The notes: generated from the letters alone by a model not told the origin. Numbered from the stretch's first letter, positions 18,589 through 28,499 are shown. The stretch is DNA of 64,000 bases from Patescibacteria group bacterium (GCA_026397045.1 JAPLVO010000008.1:20850-84849); one strand, 5' to 3'. Made by a program: numbers and translations.

Positions 18589-19614
18589 TTAGCCCTTACC
18601 GACTAAGCCAATCATCAGCCCTAAGCCGGCGCATACAGCGCCTATTATCCACAGCCTCATTGTGACTTTTGTCTCTGGCCAGCCAATTGCCTCTAGGTGA
18701 TGATGCAGCGGTGCCGAAATAAATATTTTTCGCTTAAATAGCTTCTTGGAAATAATCTGCACCAGGCTCGAGCCTGCCTCCATAACAAAGACAAAGCCAA
18801 TAATAGGAAGGACAAAAACAGAATTCGTCAGCATTGCTACCACTCCAAGAGCCGTTCCAAGGGCAAATGAGCCTATATCCCCCATGAAAAACCTAGCCGG
18901 GAATATATTAAACCAAGTATAGGCCAGCACAGCCCCTACTGTAGCTAGGCAGAACCCAGCTATCCCGATATTACCTTGGGCTAAGGCGATGATTCCAAAG
19001 GCCCCAAAGGATGCAGCTAAGAGGCCACCCGACAGACCATCTAGGCCATCGGTTATATTCACAGCATTAGATGTGGATACAATTACCAAAACAAAGAGCG
19101 GAATATAAAGAATTCCAATTTCGAAATCCCCGACTGCTGGGATATGGATCAGGCTATATTTGAGCCTATAATAGAAGTAAAGTGCACCAATAACTGCTAT
19201 GACCATTATTAGCAAGAACTTTATTGTTGATCTAAGACCAGCGACTCCTTTACCAGAACCTCTGATGTTGATAATATCATCAATCAAGCCGATTGACCCG
19301 GCCGATATGAGGCCAAATACTAAAAGATATGTTTGATTACGCGACCAATTCGTGAGTAAAGTAACTGCAGATATCGCAATAACTGTCACAATACCAGCCA
19401 TAGTGGGTATGTTTCTTTTGTGTTTGGCAGCATGGAGCCGGGCAAACACAGTGGCTTTCTCGCCAGTAGTAGCCGTGTCTCTAATTTGCTTCCAGAGTTT
19501 TAGCTTGAACGCAAAGTATGTATATACAGGAGTCAGGGCAATTGCTACGCCAAAACCCAGTGAGGCTTGAACCAAAAGTATAAGAAAGTTTTGGGTTAAT
19601 AGTTGGTCTGTCAT
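18589..19614 (-). CDS. mraY: phospho-N-acetylmuramoyl-pentapeptide transferase
   Basis: Polytopic membrane protein with MraY DD/DG motifs (NAVNITDGLDGL). Confidence 0.9.
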   Translation of the reverse strand: MTDQLLTQNFLILLVQASLGFGVAIALTPVYTYFAFKLKLWKQIRDTATTGEKATVFARLHAAKHKRNIPTMAGIVTVIAISAVTLLTNWSRNQTYLLVFGLISAGSIGLIDDIINIRGSGKGVAGLRSTIKFLLIMVIAVIGALYFYYRLKYSLIHIPAVGDFEIGILYIPLFVLVIVSTSNAVNITDGLDGLSGGLLAASFGAFGIIALAQGNIGIAGFCLATVGAVLAYTWFNIFPARFFMGDIGSFALGTALGVVAMLTNSVFVLPIIGFVFVMEAGSSLVQIISKKLFKRKIFISAPLHHHLEAIGWPETKVTMRLWIIGAVCAGLGLMIGLVGKG

Positions 19615-19646
19615 GTTTGTATACTTAATTCTACCAAAATCTGGCC

Positions 19647-21410
19647 TTAATTCCCATTCGGAGGCACCTGATAATAAATAAAGAGCTGCTTGGCGACTTC
19701 CGCAAAGGCTGGAACTGCAGTCTTTTCTGCGAATCCATCAACCTTGGGGTAATCAACTCTTACTAGCATAACAAACTTAGGATCCTCAACGGGCCCAAAG
19801 CCAACGAAACTTCCAATGTTCTTTGACTCCTCATAGCCCTGGCCATCAGCCTTAGGAACCTGTGCGGTTCCAGTTTTGCCTGCGATATTATAGCCCTTCA
19901 TCCTGGCCGGCCAACCAGACCCCTTAAGCACCACTTGCTCCATCATGCTAGCTACCGTTGCAGCCGTCTGAGCGGATATTACATTATCTCTTATAACTTC
20001 TGGCTTTTTTTGTTTGATTTCGCCAGATTGAGTGATTTCTTTGTCCACTAAGTAGGGCTTATAGAGTGTACCCCCATTAGCCACTACTGCCACAGAGTTG
20101 ATAAGCTGTAAGCTAGTGCTCGAAAGCCCCTGACCAAAGCTCATATTAGCGTAATCTACATCTGGGCTATCTGGATCTTTTATAAAACCTTTTGATTCAC
20201 CGGCCAGCTCAATGCCTGTGCGCTCACCAAAGCCAAACTTTTTGATATAGTCGTAAAATACCTCCTTGGACTTGTAAGTGATCTTATTCGGATCAGTCCC
20301 GAGCTGTTTTAATACAAATACTACCCCAGTATTTAAGGACTTCTGAATGACATCAACCATGCTTGATGTGCCATACTTCTTATTGTCAGCGTTCTTGACT
20401 ACCCTATCATCAATCTTAGATTCTCCAGTGTCCTCGTATTTAGTATCTGGTTTTACCTTGCCTGTTTCGATACCAGCCGACATTGTTATAACCTTAAAGC
20501 CAGACCCAGGCTCAAATAAATTGGTTATAGAACGATTTAAGAACTTGCTATACTCATCTTGCGGAACAGCCTGATAATTATTTGGGTCATAATAAGGATA
20601 GTTAACCATTGCTTTTATTGCTCCAGTTTTCGGGTCCATAACTATTATGCTGCCATTTTCGGCTTTATTATTTTTGACTGCCGTCTCGAGTGCTTGGGCG
20701 GCCATAGCCTGTATATTCCTGTCGATTGTGAGGACAAGGTCGCTGCCGTCTTTAGGCTTGATGAGCGTGTTCTCATTGGAAGTTATCGGCACGCCTTGAG
20801 CATCAGTTACGGCCCTGTTGACTCCATCTACGCCAGCAATTGTCTGGTTCATATACTCCTCAATACCATATTGCCCAGATTCGTCATCATTTACATAGCC
20901 GGTAATGTGCGAAAATAGCTCACCTTCTGGGTAGTTTCGGCCATCTTGAGGGATTAATATAACCCCAGCTATATTCATTTTTTTTACTTCTTCGGCTTCA
21001 TTAGATGATAGCTTTTTATTAATAACAACATAGCGCTGATCTTTATCAGATAATTTAGAGCGTAGCGCTTCGCGATCCGTGCTCCCAAGGTATCCAGATA
21101 GTTTATCAACACTTTCGTTAGGGTCCTTAATATACTTTGGGTCTGCGGCCAATAGATACCGCTGCTGGTTTAATGCGATTGGATAGAGTTCGTTATTACC
21201 ATCCTGAACATAAATCTGGCCTCTCTTGGCATTAATTACAAATTTTCTAGATTGCTGAGCATTCGCTTTTTGTATGTAGGAATTATGCATATAAACTTGT
21301 ACATAAACTAGCTTAAAAATCACAACAAACACGAAAATACACATCGTTACAGATATAAATACAATGCGCTTATTAAAATCATTGGCTGGGCTGCTGCTAT
21401 TTGGCATATA
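19647..21410 (-). CDS. ftsI: peptidoglycan D,D-transpeptidase FtsI (class B PBP)
   Basis: PBP dimerisation and transpeptidase domains (SxxK, SxN, KTG present). The ORF extends to 21509 but the likely start is MPNSS at 21410, abutting ftsL. Confidence 0.8.
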   Translation of the reverse strand, partial: YMPNSSSPANDFNKRIVFISVTMCIFVFVVIFKLVYVQVYMHNSYIQKANAQQSRKFVINAKRGQIYVQDGNNELYPIALNQQRYLLAADPKYIKDPNESVDKLSGYLGSTDREALRSKLSDKDQRYVVINKKLSSNEAEEVKKMNIAGVILIPQDGRNYPEGELFSHITGYVNDDESGQYGIEEYMNQTIAGVDGVNRAVTDAQGVPITSNENTLIKPKDGSDLVLTIDRNIQAMAAQALETAVKNNKAENGSIIVMDPKTGAIKAMVNYPYYDPNNYQAVPQDEYSKFLNRSITNLFEPGSGFKVITMSAGIETGKVKPDTKYEDTGESKIDDRVVKNADNKKYGTSSMVDVIQKSLNTGVVFVLKQLGTDPNKITYKSKEVFYDYIKKFGFGERTGIELAGESKGFIKDPDSPDVDYANMSFGQGLSSTSLQLINSVAVVANGGTLYKPYLVDKEITQSGEIKQKKPEVIRDNVISAQTAATVASMMEQVVLKGSGWPARMKGYNIAGKTGTAQVPKADGQGYEESKNIGSFVGFGPVEDPKFVMLVRVDYPKVDGFAEKTAVPAFAEVAKQLFIYYQVPPNGN

Positions 21411-21411
21411 G

Positions 21412-21738
21412 TTATCGGGCAGTGGTATATGAAACCGTCTTGACGGCCGAAAGCTTGGCTGTTTCAGAAGCCTTTTTAGCTTCAGATATAGTTTGCAATC
21501 TGGCGGCATCGATGGAAAGATTCTCTCTTGTCGATTGGAGCTCAGTCTGCCGACTCTCTAAGTTAGATATTTTATAGTTAAATGTTGATGTTTTAGTCAC
21601 TTGATTAAGATACATCAAGCCAAGCAAAATTACCAAGCCTATCAGCATTAGAGATGTACTGACTGGCCCTGATTGTACCTTAATTTTATTTTTGACAAAG
21701 TTCTGATTCTTTCTTAGTGACATCGCTCTTGTTGACAT
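21412..21738 (-). CDS. ftsL: FtsL-like small bitopic division protein
   Basis: 108 aa with one TM helix then a coiled coil. Sits between rsmH and ftsI. Confidence 0.5.
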   Translation of the reverse strand: MSTRAMSLRKNQNFVKNKIKVQSGPVSTSLMLIGLVILLGLMYLNQVTKTSTFNYKISNLESRQTELQSTRENLSIDAARLQTISEAKKASETAKLSAVKTVSYTTAR

Positions 21739-21754
21739 TTAAACTCCTGATTTA

Positions 21755-21778
21755 TTTTTGTTTTTGTTTTTGTTTTTG
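21755..21778. repeat. (TTTTTG)4 microsatellite, i.e. (CAAAAA)n on the coding strand, in the rsmH-ftsL spacer
   Basis: Four exact tandem hexamers. Similar tracts occur at 21875-21890, 22821-22840 and 23024-23042. Confidence 0.7.
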
Positions 21779-21889
21779 CTTAAATTAAGTAAGAAATTAC
21801 TTAACTACACGGACTTTGAGCTTGCGGGAACGTGGAGATTGATCTTTTACTACGATACTCATATTTTTGACTCCTTTTTTTGTTTTTGT

Positions 21890-22798
21890 TTAATTTATCT
21901 TTTCAACGGCTCGGAGCATAGCGCTCCTTGCTCGTGGGTTGTTATCATTTTTAGAACCTTTTACTGGTTTTTTATTCACCAGTCTAAAGTTTGGTGTGCC
22001 TATTTCCATACCAGTTACATAATCTTTTTCAGAATTTGTTATTCTTTTAAAGTACTGCTTAACTATTCGATCTTCAAGGCTGTGAAAGCTAATTATCGCC
22101 ATTATCCCCTTGGACTTAAGGCACCTGCTTGCCATTGGTAAAACCCGCTCAAGACTATAAAGCTCGGCATTAACTTCAATTCTTATGGCCTGGAAAGTCT
22201 TGGTCGCTGGGTGGACCTTGGTCTTACCGGGTAGGGCGCTGGAAACTATACTAGCTAGCTCAGTGGTGCTGGCAATGGCCGACACTGACCTTGCCAAGAC
22301 GATTGCTTTGGCAATTTGTCTCGAACGGGATTCTTCACCATATTTGTATATGATGCTAGCTATGTCGGATTCGTCATATCCGTTGACTATCTCTAGGGCG
22401 TCTTTTGCCTGGGTGGTATCCATCCTCATGTCTAGCCTGGCGTCCTTACTAAAGCTAAATCCCCTTGTGGGGGTGTCTAGCTGCGGTGATGAGACACCAA
22501 GGTCCAATAGGATTCTGTCAGGCTGGGGGATATTATCCCAATTAAGCTCTGCGAAGTTGCTGTGCAGGAAATCGATGTTTGTATGGCTCGCAAATTTCTT
22601 TCTAAGATAGCTTAAGGCGTCTGTATCTCTATCCACGAGGATGAGATGTCCGCTAGGGCCAATCTTGGAAAGTATTGCTTCAGCATGTCCTCCATAGCCT
22701 GCTGTGCAGTCTAGCACGGTCTGCCCGCTTTCTAAGCCCAGAAGATCGATAGTTTGCTGTAGTAATACTGGTATGTGTAATTTCATTGTCAAGGTCAC
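21890..22798 (-). CDS. rsmH: 16S rRNA (cytosine1402-N4)-methyltransferase
   Basis: SAM-dependent MTase motifs (VLDCTAGYGGHA, LDLGVSSPQLD). Confidence 0.9.
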   Translation of the reverse strand: MTLTMKLHIPVLLQQTIDLLGLESGQTVLDCTAGYGGHAEAILSKIGPSGHLILVDRDTDALSYLRKKFASHTNIDFLHSNFAELNWDNIPQPDRILLDLGVSSPQLDTPTRGFSFSKDARLDMRMDTTQAKDALEIVNGYDESDIASIIYKYGEESRSRQIAKAIVLARSVSAIASTTELASIVSSALPGKTKVHPATKTFQAIRIEVNAELYSLERVLPMASRCLKSKGIMAIISFHSLEDRIVKQYFKRITNSEKDYVTGMEIGTPNFRLVNKKPVKGSKNDNNPRARSAMLRAVEKIN

Positions 22799-23076
22799 CT
22801 ATTTAGCAGCCAGCTGTTGATTTTTGTTTTTGTTTTTTTGGTAAAGTAGCTCAGGGCGGTTAGCCTCTGAACTGCTATGTGGTAAGGACTTATTTAATAA
22901 GTCCTTATTGAGTGTGTGAGATAGTTTGTGAGGTGGAGTTTGTATTAACATAAGATGCTAGGGTCTTTATTTAAGCGTCACCCTCCAGAAACGCTTACTG
23001 ACTGCCAAATAGTCGACTTTGTGTTTTTATTTTTGTTTTTTTAAGGATCTGGCTATTATAAGTCCATCGAAAGGTT

Positions 23077-23427
23077 TTACTTAGCTACTATTCGCCAGTA
23101 CTTGCCGGCACGGACCATGGCAACTGTGCGAGCATTTGTAAGTAAAGCCATTTGATGGGCTTCTAAGGTTACTCTCCCCTGCTTGGAGTCGAGTTTTGAG
23201 GTTGATTTACCGATGCGGAATTTAACGTTCAAATCAGCGATTGATTCATCTAGAATATCACCTGATAGCGCATTTTCCATTTCGTTGTCCCATACCTCTT
23301 TAGAGTAAAGGTGCAGATATTGGCCGAAGCCTTGGGTAACCACTACTTCGTTTCCTAACTCGCTCTGTAATTCTCGAGGAATTGTGAGCCTATTTTTGTC
23401 GTCTAGTTTTCTTTCGAAGTAATCCAT
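23077..23427 (-). CDS. mraZ: transcriptional regulator MraZ
   Basis: Duplicated SpoVT/AbrB-like units (KLDDKNRLTIPRELQ and KLDSKQGRVTL). Confidence 0.8.
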   Translation of the reverse strand: MDYFERKLDDKNRLTIPRELQSELGNEVVVTQGFGQYLHLYSKEVWDNEMENALSGDILDESIADLNVKFRIGKSTSKLDSKQGRVTLEAHQMALLTNARTVAMVRAGKYWRIVAK

Positions 23428-23441
23428 TGTCTTTTCTTTTG

Positions 23442-23575
23442 TTACCCACTTTTACCCACTAGGACTATTGTACTCCACAATCTTACCCACTGCAATAGCT
23501 TTAAGGGAGTTTTTTTATAGTTTCCAATAAGATTTTTGCAATCTTATAGAGCGAACAAAAAGCGAATTACCCACT
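23442..23575 (-). promoter_or_regulatory. candidate MraZ operator: four exact TTACCCACT repeats (AGTGGGTAA on the mraZ-coding strand)
   Basis: Repeats at 23442, 23452, 23483 and 23567. The first two are 10 bp apart, and all lie 15-150 bp upstream of mraZ. Each contains the TGGG core of known MraZ boxes. Confidence 0.4.
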
Positions 23576-23579
23576 ACTA

Positions 23580-24098
23580 ATGTTTGCTATAATAAATTAC
23601 ATGAGACATCGTAAAAAGATTTCTGCAGATTATTTGCACAGTGGTTTTTTTGGTATAGAAGACAGCCTGGTGTCCACTACTGGTGCACTAGCAGGTATCG
23701 CCATTAGCTCAACCAGTAAGGCAGCAATTATTTCTGCGGCGCTAGTTATAATTGCGGTAGAATCTACTTCTATGGCCGCCAGTGAGTTTGTAAGCGAGGA
23801 GACTGAAGAAGATGTCGAGAATACCAAAAACCCTGCTAGCCCTCTAATTAGCGGCCTAATTATATTTGTTGGCTACATAGTAGCTGGCATTATTCCCCTC
23901 GCTCCCTACTTACTATTGCCTAAACTTCAGGCAATACCCGTAAGCATCGGCCTAGCCTTAACGGGGCTGTTTTTGCTTGGTATTTACAAAGGTAAAATTA
24001 GCCACAAGAGCCCGTTGCGATCAGCGCTAGAAGTGCTAATAATCGGCGGTGTTGCAGCTGGAATCGGTGTTGCAGTTGGCTTGATATTTAAGGTCTAG
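23580..24098 (+). CDS. VIT1/CCC1-family membrane protein (putative Fe/Mn transporter)
   Basis: GIEDSLVSTTGALAGIA resembles the VIT-family signature. Hydrophobic C-terminal half. Confidence 0.6.
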   Translation: MFAIINYMRHRKKISADYLHSGFFGIEDSLVSTTGALAGIAISSTSKAAIISAALVIIAVESTSMAASEFVSEETEEDVENTKNPASPLISGLIIFVGYIVAGIIPLAPYLLLPKLQAIPVSIGLALTGLFLLGIYKGKISHKSPLRSALEVLIIGGVAAGIGVAVGLIFKV

Positions 24099-24609
24099 TA
24101 ATGGCAGTTAGTTCGTGGTATTTCTGCCAATACTCTATTGGAAGTGAAGGATCGTCAATTGGAACAGAATCTTCAAAATCTTGCTGAAAAGCTGGCGAAC
24201 TAATATCTAAAATCTTTAAACCATTTGGTCCCGCTATCCAGCAATCAACCCATCCAGCACCTTCACTGACTTCACCGCTTTTCATATCAACCTCAGTAAC
24301 TTGAATTTCACCGCTCGGCAGTATTGCGAGTAGCGTGCCGCTACCTTCAACTACCTGTCGTTTCGCGGTATAACCTTCTTTGGTGATATTCATAACTGGA
24401 CATGCGGCATTGGGATTAATCTCGAATAAAGCACCGTCAGCTTGTTCTTCGGTTTTGTCTAAATATTTAATCGCAAAGATTCGATAATCTTTATTTGAGT
24501 CTATTTCTGTTAGTTCAGATTCTAAATCATATTTTATTGGGTGGAACTTTTCATCTGGTCCCAGCAGACCGCCGATATCAATACCTGGCTTTGGAGCTGT
24601 TTCAGACAT
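24088..24609 (-). CDS. hypothetical protein (possibly cupin-like beta-barrel)
   Basis: ORF directly downstream of glyQS. No confident motif match. Confidence 0.35.
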   Translation of the reverse strand: MSETAPKPGIDIGGLLGPDEKFHPIKYDLESELTEIDSNKDYRIFAIKYLDKTEEQADGALFEINPNAACPVMNITKEGYTAKRQVVEGSGTLLAILPSGEIQVTEVDMKSGEVSEGAGWVDCWIAGPNGLKILDISSPAFQQDFEDSVPIDDPSLPIEYWQKYHELTAITRP

Positions 24610-25954
24610 GTAGCCTACCTGTAAGGTAACGCTTGAGTTCTTCAATCTTAATTCGTTCTTGTGCCATAGTGTCGCGATCTCGTACGGTGACGGCTTTGTC
24701 TTCTAAGCTCTCAAAGTCTACTGTCACGCAGTATGGAGTGCCAATTTCGTCTTGGCGCCTGTAGCGCTTGCCGATAGATTGGGTTTCGTCGTACTCCACA
24801 TTGTATTCACCTGCAATCGATCTAAATATCTCATGAGCAACATCGCTTAGTTCGGGTTTTTTGCTTAGCGGCAAAATAGCAACTTTAACAGGTGCGATTC
24901 TGGGGTCAAATTTCATCACCACTCGCTTCTCGTCATTAACTTCTTCTTCGGTGTAGGCATCTACAAGTGCTGCCAAAAACAGCCTATCTACACCAACTGA
25001 TGTCTCTACCACCCAAGGCAAGGTGTGCTCTTTTGACTCTTCATTAAAATATTCTAGCTTCTGACCACTGTATTTTGAGTGTCTACTTAGATCCCAGTCT
25101 CCACGATTATGGATTCCTTCCATTTCCTTGAAGCCAAATGGAAAATTATACTCGATGTCCCAGGCGTCTTTGGCGTAGTGGGCTCGCTCGTTCTCGCCAT
25201 GCTCTCTAAAGCGTAAATTATCTTTTCGCAAGAAGCTTTGGTGCCACTGCATACGGCGCTCTTTCCAGCTTTCAAAAACTTCTTTAGCATTATCGGGCTC
25301 AACGAACATTTGCATTTCGGCCTGCTCAAATTCGCGCTGTCTAAACAAGAAGTCGCCTGGAGTTATTTCGTTACGAAAGGCCTTACCTATTTGGGCCACG
25401 CCAAATGGTAATTTGGCTCGAGTTGTTTCGCGTACATTATTAAAGTTTGTGTAAATTCCCTGGCAGGTTTCGCCTCTTAAATAAGCTGTCGCGCTAGAAT
25501 CTTCAATTGGACCCAGAAAAGTCTTCATTAAAAGATTAAAATGTCTTATATCTGTCCAGTCGTGTTCTTTACAGTTTGGGCATACAATATCAATTAGCTT
25601 AGAATTGAGCTCATCTACATCAACGCTATCAATGTCTGCTAGCTTGTCGGCCCTATAGCGTTTCTTGCAAGCCTTACAGTCTATCATTGGGTCGCTAAAA
25701 CGCTCAACATGGCCACTCGCCTCCCAGACCTTTGGGCTTTGAATAATTGCACTATCTAGACCGGTGATATTCTCGTTCGTATAGACCATTTCTTTCCACC
25801 ACAGCTTCTTGAGATTATTTTTTAGCTCAACGCCGTATGGGCCAAAGTCGTACATACCGCTAACGCCACCGTATATTTCACTGGCCTGAAACACAAAACC
25901 GCGCCGCTTGGCGTAGCTAACTAACTCTTCCATGGATATTTTTGGATTGCTCAT
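24602..25954 (-). CDS. glyQS: glycyl-tRNA synthetase, alpha2 homodimeric type
   Basis: Class II motifs with a C-terminal anticodon-binding domain. 450 aa. Confidence 0.9.
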   Translation of the reverse strand: MSNPKISMEELVSYAKRRGFVFQASEIYGGVSGMYDFGPYGVELKNNLKKLWWKEMVYTNENITGLDSAIIQSPKVWEASGHVERFSDPMIDCKACKKRYRADKLADIDSVDVDELNSKLIDIVCPNCKEHDWTDIRHFNLLMKTFLGPIEDSSATAYLRGETCQGIYTNFNNVRETTRAKLPFGVAQIGKAFRNEITPGDFLFRQREFEQAEMQMFVEPDNAKEVFESWKERRMQWHQSFLRKDNLRFREHGENERAHYAKDAWDIEYNFPFGFKEMEGIHNRGDWDLSRHSKYSGQKLEYFNEESKEHTLPWVVETSVGVDRLFLAALVDAYTEEEVNDEKRVVMKFDPRIAPVKVAILPLSKKPELSDVAHEIFRSIAGEYNVEYDETQSIGKRYRRQDEIGTPYCVTVDFESLEDKAVTVRDRDTMAQERIKIEELKRYLTGRLHV

Positions 25955-25978
25955 TTCTATATTATAGCCCAGAATCTA

Positions 25979-26710
25979 CTAAGCATGCAAAAGCTCAGTA
26001 CTTTCGGATATAACTTTGATACTCTTTATCTTTCGATCAAAGCTATATTGTAGATAGCCCAGCAGCAAGCTAAGCGACTCCACTAAAGTTCTATTTTCTA
26101 ACTTAAGACGAAGGCAGGTAGAGATATTGTAGTTCGTGCAAATACTCCATAGCTTTACGGCATCTGGGCTAATAACAATTGCATCAATATTAGTTTTACT
26201 GCTGGCGACTCTGCCGTCGGTCATATTAAAATAATACTTACTATGGCCTTCAATCCCCCTGATGTCTGGCGCTAAGCCTGAATACTTCATCATTCCTAAG
26301 AGCGCAAAAGTTGCTGTTAATAGCACATTACTGCCACTGCCTATCTCTTCTAAGGAGCTCTTGTAGCAGTGATAAAGAGTATTATTGGGCTGGGCTTCGA
26401 TGGTTATTAAGTCTAAGACCTCTGTAATTAGCAGGGCCATGAGCCTTGCTTCAAGCTTAGCTTCAAAAAAAATGTTTAATGCTTGTGTTCGCGCAGCAAC
26501 TAGCGTTGGCAGCTTACCTTTACCGATGTAGCTAAATCGAGTCTCCACTAGCGGCTCAGTATGAGCTTGGAGCTTGGCCCTAGGCTTCTTTATGCCCTTG
26601 GCTATAAGGCTAATTTTGCCCTGCTCTAGCGTAAAAATCACTATAATCCTATCATTATCCTTGAGGCTTCTGCGCGCTATCACATAGCCGGTGCAGTCAG
26701 ACTGCCTCAC
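25979..26710 (-). CDS. recO: DNA repair protein RecO
   Basis: N-terminal OB fold (GYVIARRSLKDNDRIIVIFTLEQGKISLIAKG). 243 aa. Confidence 0.7.
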   Translation of the reverse strand: MRQSDCTGYVIARRSLKDNDRIIVIFTLEQGKISLIAKGIKKPRAKLQAHTEPLVETRFSYIGKGKLPTLVAARTQALNIFFEAKLEARLMALLITEVLDLITIEAQPNNTLYHCYKSSLEEIGSGSNVLLTATFALLGMMKYSGLAPDIRGIEGHSKYYFNMTDGRVASSKTNIDAIVISPDAVKLWSICTNYNISTCLRLKLENRTLVESLSLLLGYLQYSFDRKIKSIKVISESTELLHA

Positions 26711-27089
26711 TTTGGCCGATCAAATCTTTAACTACCTTTGAGAATTGTGAAATCGAAAACTGAGACTTTGTATATATCCCTAAAATATTTAGGCTCACCA
26801 TGAGCTCCTTATCCATATTAAGATCCTGGGTATTCATGCCGGTTACAATTATTGTCGGGACAGTATCCCCGTTAGGCCTCTTGCGTAAATCGCGTAACAG
26901 CTCAAAGCCATTTTTATTCTTAAGCATGATATCCAGCACCAGTAAAGAAATGTTATCGGGATTAAAAATCTTAATTGCAGAATTATAGCTTTCCGCAGTT
27001 AATACTCCAATCCCCTCTAGCTCTAAGGAATGGCGATATACATCACACAACAGTTTATCGTCCTCTACTATTAATACTTTTTTATTCAT
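26697..27089 (-). CDS. stand-alone response regulator receiver (CheY-like)
   Basis: VLIVEDD ... LLVLDIMLKNKNGFELL ... motifs. 130 aa with no output domain. Confidence 0.8.
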   Translation of the reverse strand: MNKKVLIVEDDKLLCDVYRHSLELEGIGVLTAESYNSAIKIFNPDNISLLVLDIMLKNKNGFELLRDLRKRPNGDTVPTIIVTGMNTQDLNMDKELMVSLNILGIYTKSQFSISQFSKVVKDLIGQSEAV

Positions 27090-27713
27090 TTATCCATTAT
27101 AGCTAAATGGGATCTGATTAGACAGGCTTAGCCGCATATAGACTAGCCGCATTTCGCCAGACTTCCTCCACCTGAGAGAGCCCCCGTGGCGAATTAGTAG
27201 AGTGTTGATAAACTCCACGATATCTACTCCAAAATTCATGGAGTCGGATACCGTGCCGCCTTTAATACGGACCGAAACATAGCCAGATCGGCAGCGTAAA
27301 TCGATAGCAATCTTCTTAATAGATAGATCCTCGAGGATTATGAGCAATATTATCACTTTTACAACGCTCGCAATTATGTCCCTATCCGAGATAACATTCA
27401 AAAGTGGTCTATTCCTATTAGGGGTTATTTTAATACCGGCCGCTCGATATGCCTGCGCCGCCCTATCAAAGGCCGCCATGAGGCTAGTGATAGTGCCTTC
27501 GGCTGAATCGATATTTTGACCGATGTATATAATTTGATTGAGCAGATCAATATTGAACTTATTCCTTAAAATAATTTCATTATGGTTAGGGCTTAGGGTG
27601 GCCGAATCTCCGTAACCGGTAGATAGACAATGCTCTATTATTAATTGGTCTGAGGTTATTCGCCTTACGATACTAGCCACGACTAAATTGAAGGACTCAT
27701 AATCTAATGCCAT
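27090..27713 (-). CDS. hypothetical protein, degenerate histidine-kinase-like (GHKL) ATPase
   Basis: C-terminus NFGVDIVEFINTLLIRHGGSLRW resembles a G2 box. No TM segment and no clear H-box. Adjacent to the receiver gene. Confidence 0.3.
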   Translation of the reverse strand: MALDYESFNLVVASIVRRITSDQLIIEHCLSTGYGDSATLSPNHNEIILRNKFNIDLLNQIIYIGQNIDSAEGTITSLMAAFDRAAQAYRAAGIKITPNRNRPLLNVISDRDIIASVVKVIILLIILEDLSIKKIAIDLRCRSGYVSVRIKGGTVSDSMNFGVDIVEFINTLLIRHGGSLRWRKSGEMRLVYMRLSLSNQIPFSYNG

Positions 27714-27757
27714 ACACTCAGCTTAGACTTGCACCAACCAGTGAGCAAGCATAGGCC

Positions 27758-28495
27758 CTATGGTACTAGCTTTGTGCCATCTAGTAGGCTGTTGAATGTC
27801 GCCGAATAAGTGTCGGGGTCATCGGTTCTAAATAGCATGATCTTCTCACGGTAAGGAATAATTACGATTTCTGCCTTACCGCCTGTCTTGTCATCAAATA
27901 CTCCTTTGTAACGACGACCTTTTATACCGGATACGGTGGCGTCTGAGGCTACAATTTTGCCGCCTGACTTCTTAGCCTCATCATCTAAAGACTTAATCTC
28001 TTTTTCATAGTCAGATTTCTTAAGATCGATGGAGAACTTATGCAGCTCACTGGTAATATCTACATATTGGGGGTCAGCCAAACCGTTGAAGGTCCCATCG
28101 GCAGGTTTTGGAGTTATAGAAAAGCTCCACAGCTTAGGGATTGGAACCTGAAAGCTTCCTAGCTCGGAGGGGGCACTATAGACAACTACACTCTTGCTCT
28201 GATCTATCAAGGCCTGCTTATCTGAAGCTGCTTTCTGCTCCGTCTTGCCTGTTGCCAAGCCAGAAGCGTACTGGGCATCTAAGGCTTGCTTCTTGGCGGC
28301 CGCGTTCTTGTTTGATGTAAGTATCAAAACAATTAATAATATGGCCAATATCCCCCCCACTACGCCGATGATAATAAATATCAAGGTATTGGCTGATTTC
28401 TTCTTTGGTGCGCCAGATGGCATGGCGGATGGATCTGGCAAGACGGATGCATTGGCATCTGGCTCGGGGTTGTTTAGTGGATTTTGGGGGTCCAT
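27758..28495 (-). CDS. bitopic membrane protein, Pro-rich N-terminus, extracytoplasmic domain
   Basis: Single TM helix (LIFIIIGVVGGILAILLIVLIL). No family assignable. Confidence 0.4.
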   Translation of the reverse strand: MDPQNPLNNPEPDANASVLPDPSAMPSGAPKKKSANTLIFIIIGVVGGILAILLIVLILTSNKNAAAKKQALDAQYASGLATGKTEQKAASDKQALIDQSKSVVVYSAPSELGSFQVPIPKLWSFSITPKPADGTFNGLADPQYVDITSELHKFSIDLKKSDYEKEIKSLDDEAKKSGGKIVASDATVSGIKGRRYKGVFDDKTGGKAEIVIIPYREKIMLFRTDDPDTYSATFNSLLDGTKLVP

Positions 28496-28499
28496 AAAA

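Noticed and set aside
21755-23042. CRISPR-like array suggested by repeated TTTTTG units.
   Set aside because: The units are 6-bp tandem repeats with no spacers, no ~30-bp repeat periodicity and no cas genes. This is a microsatellite, not CRISPR.
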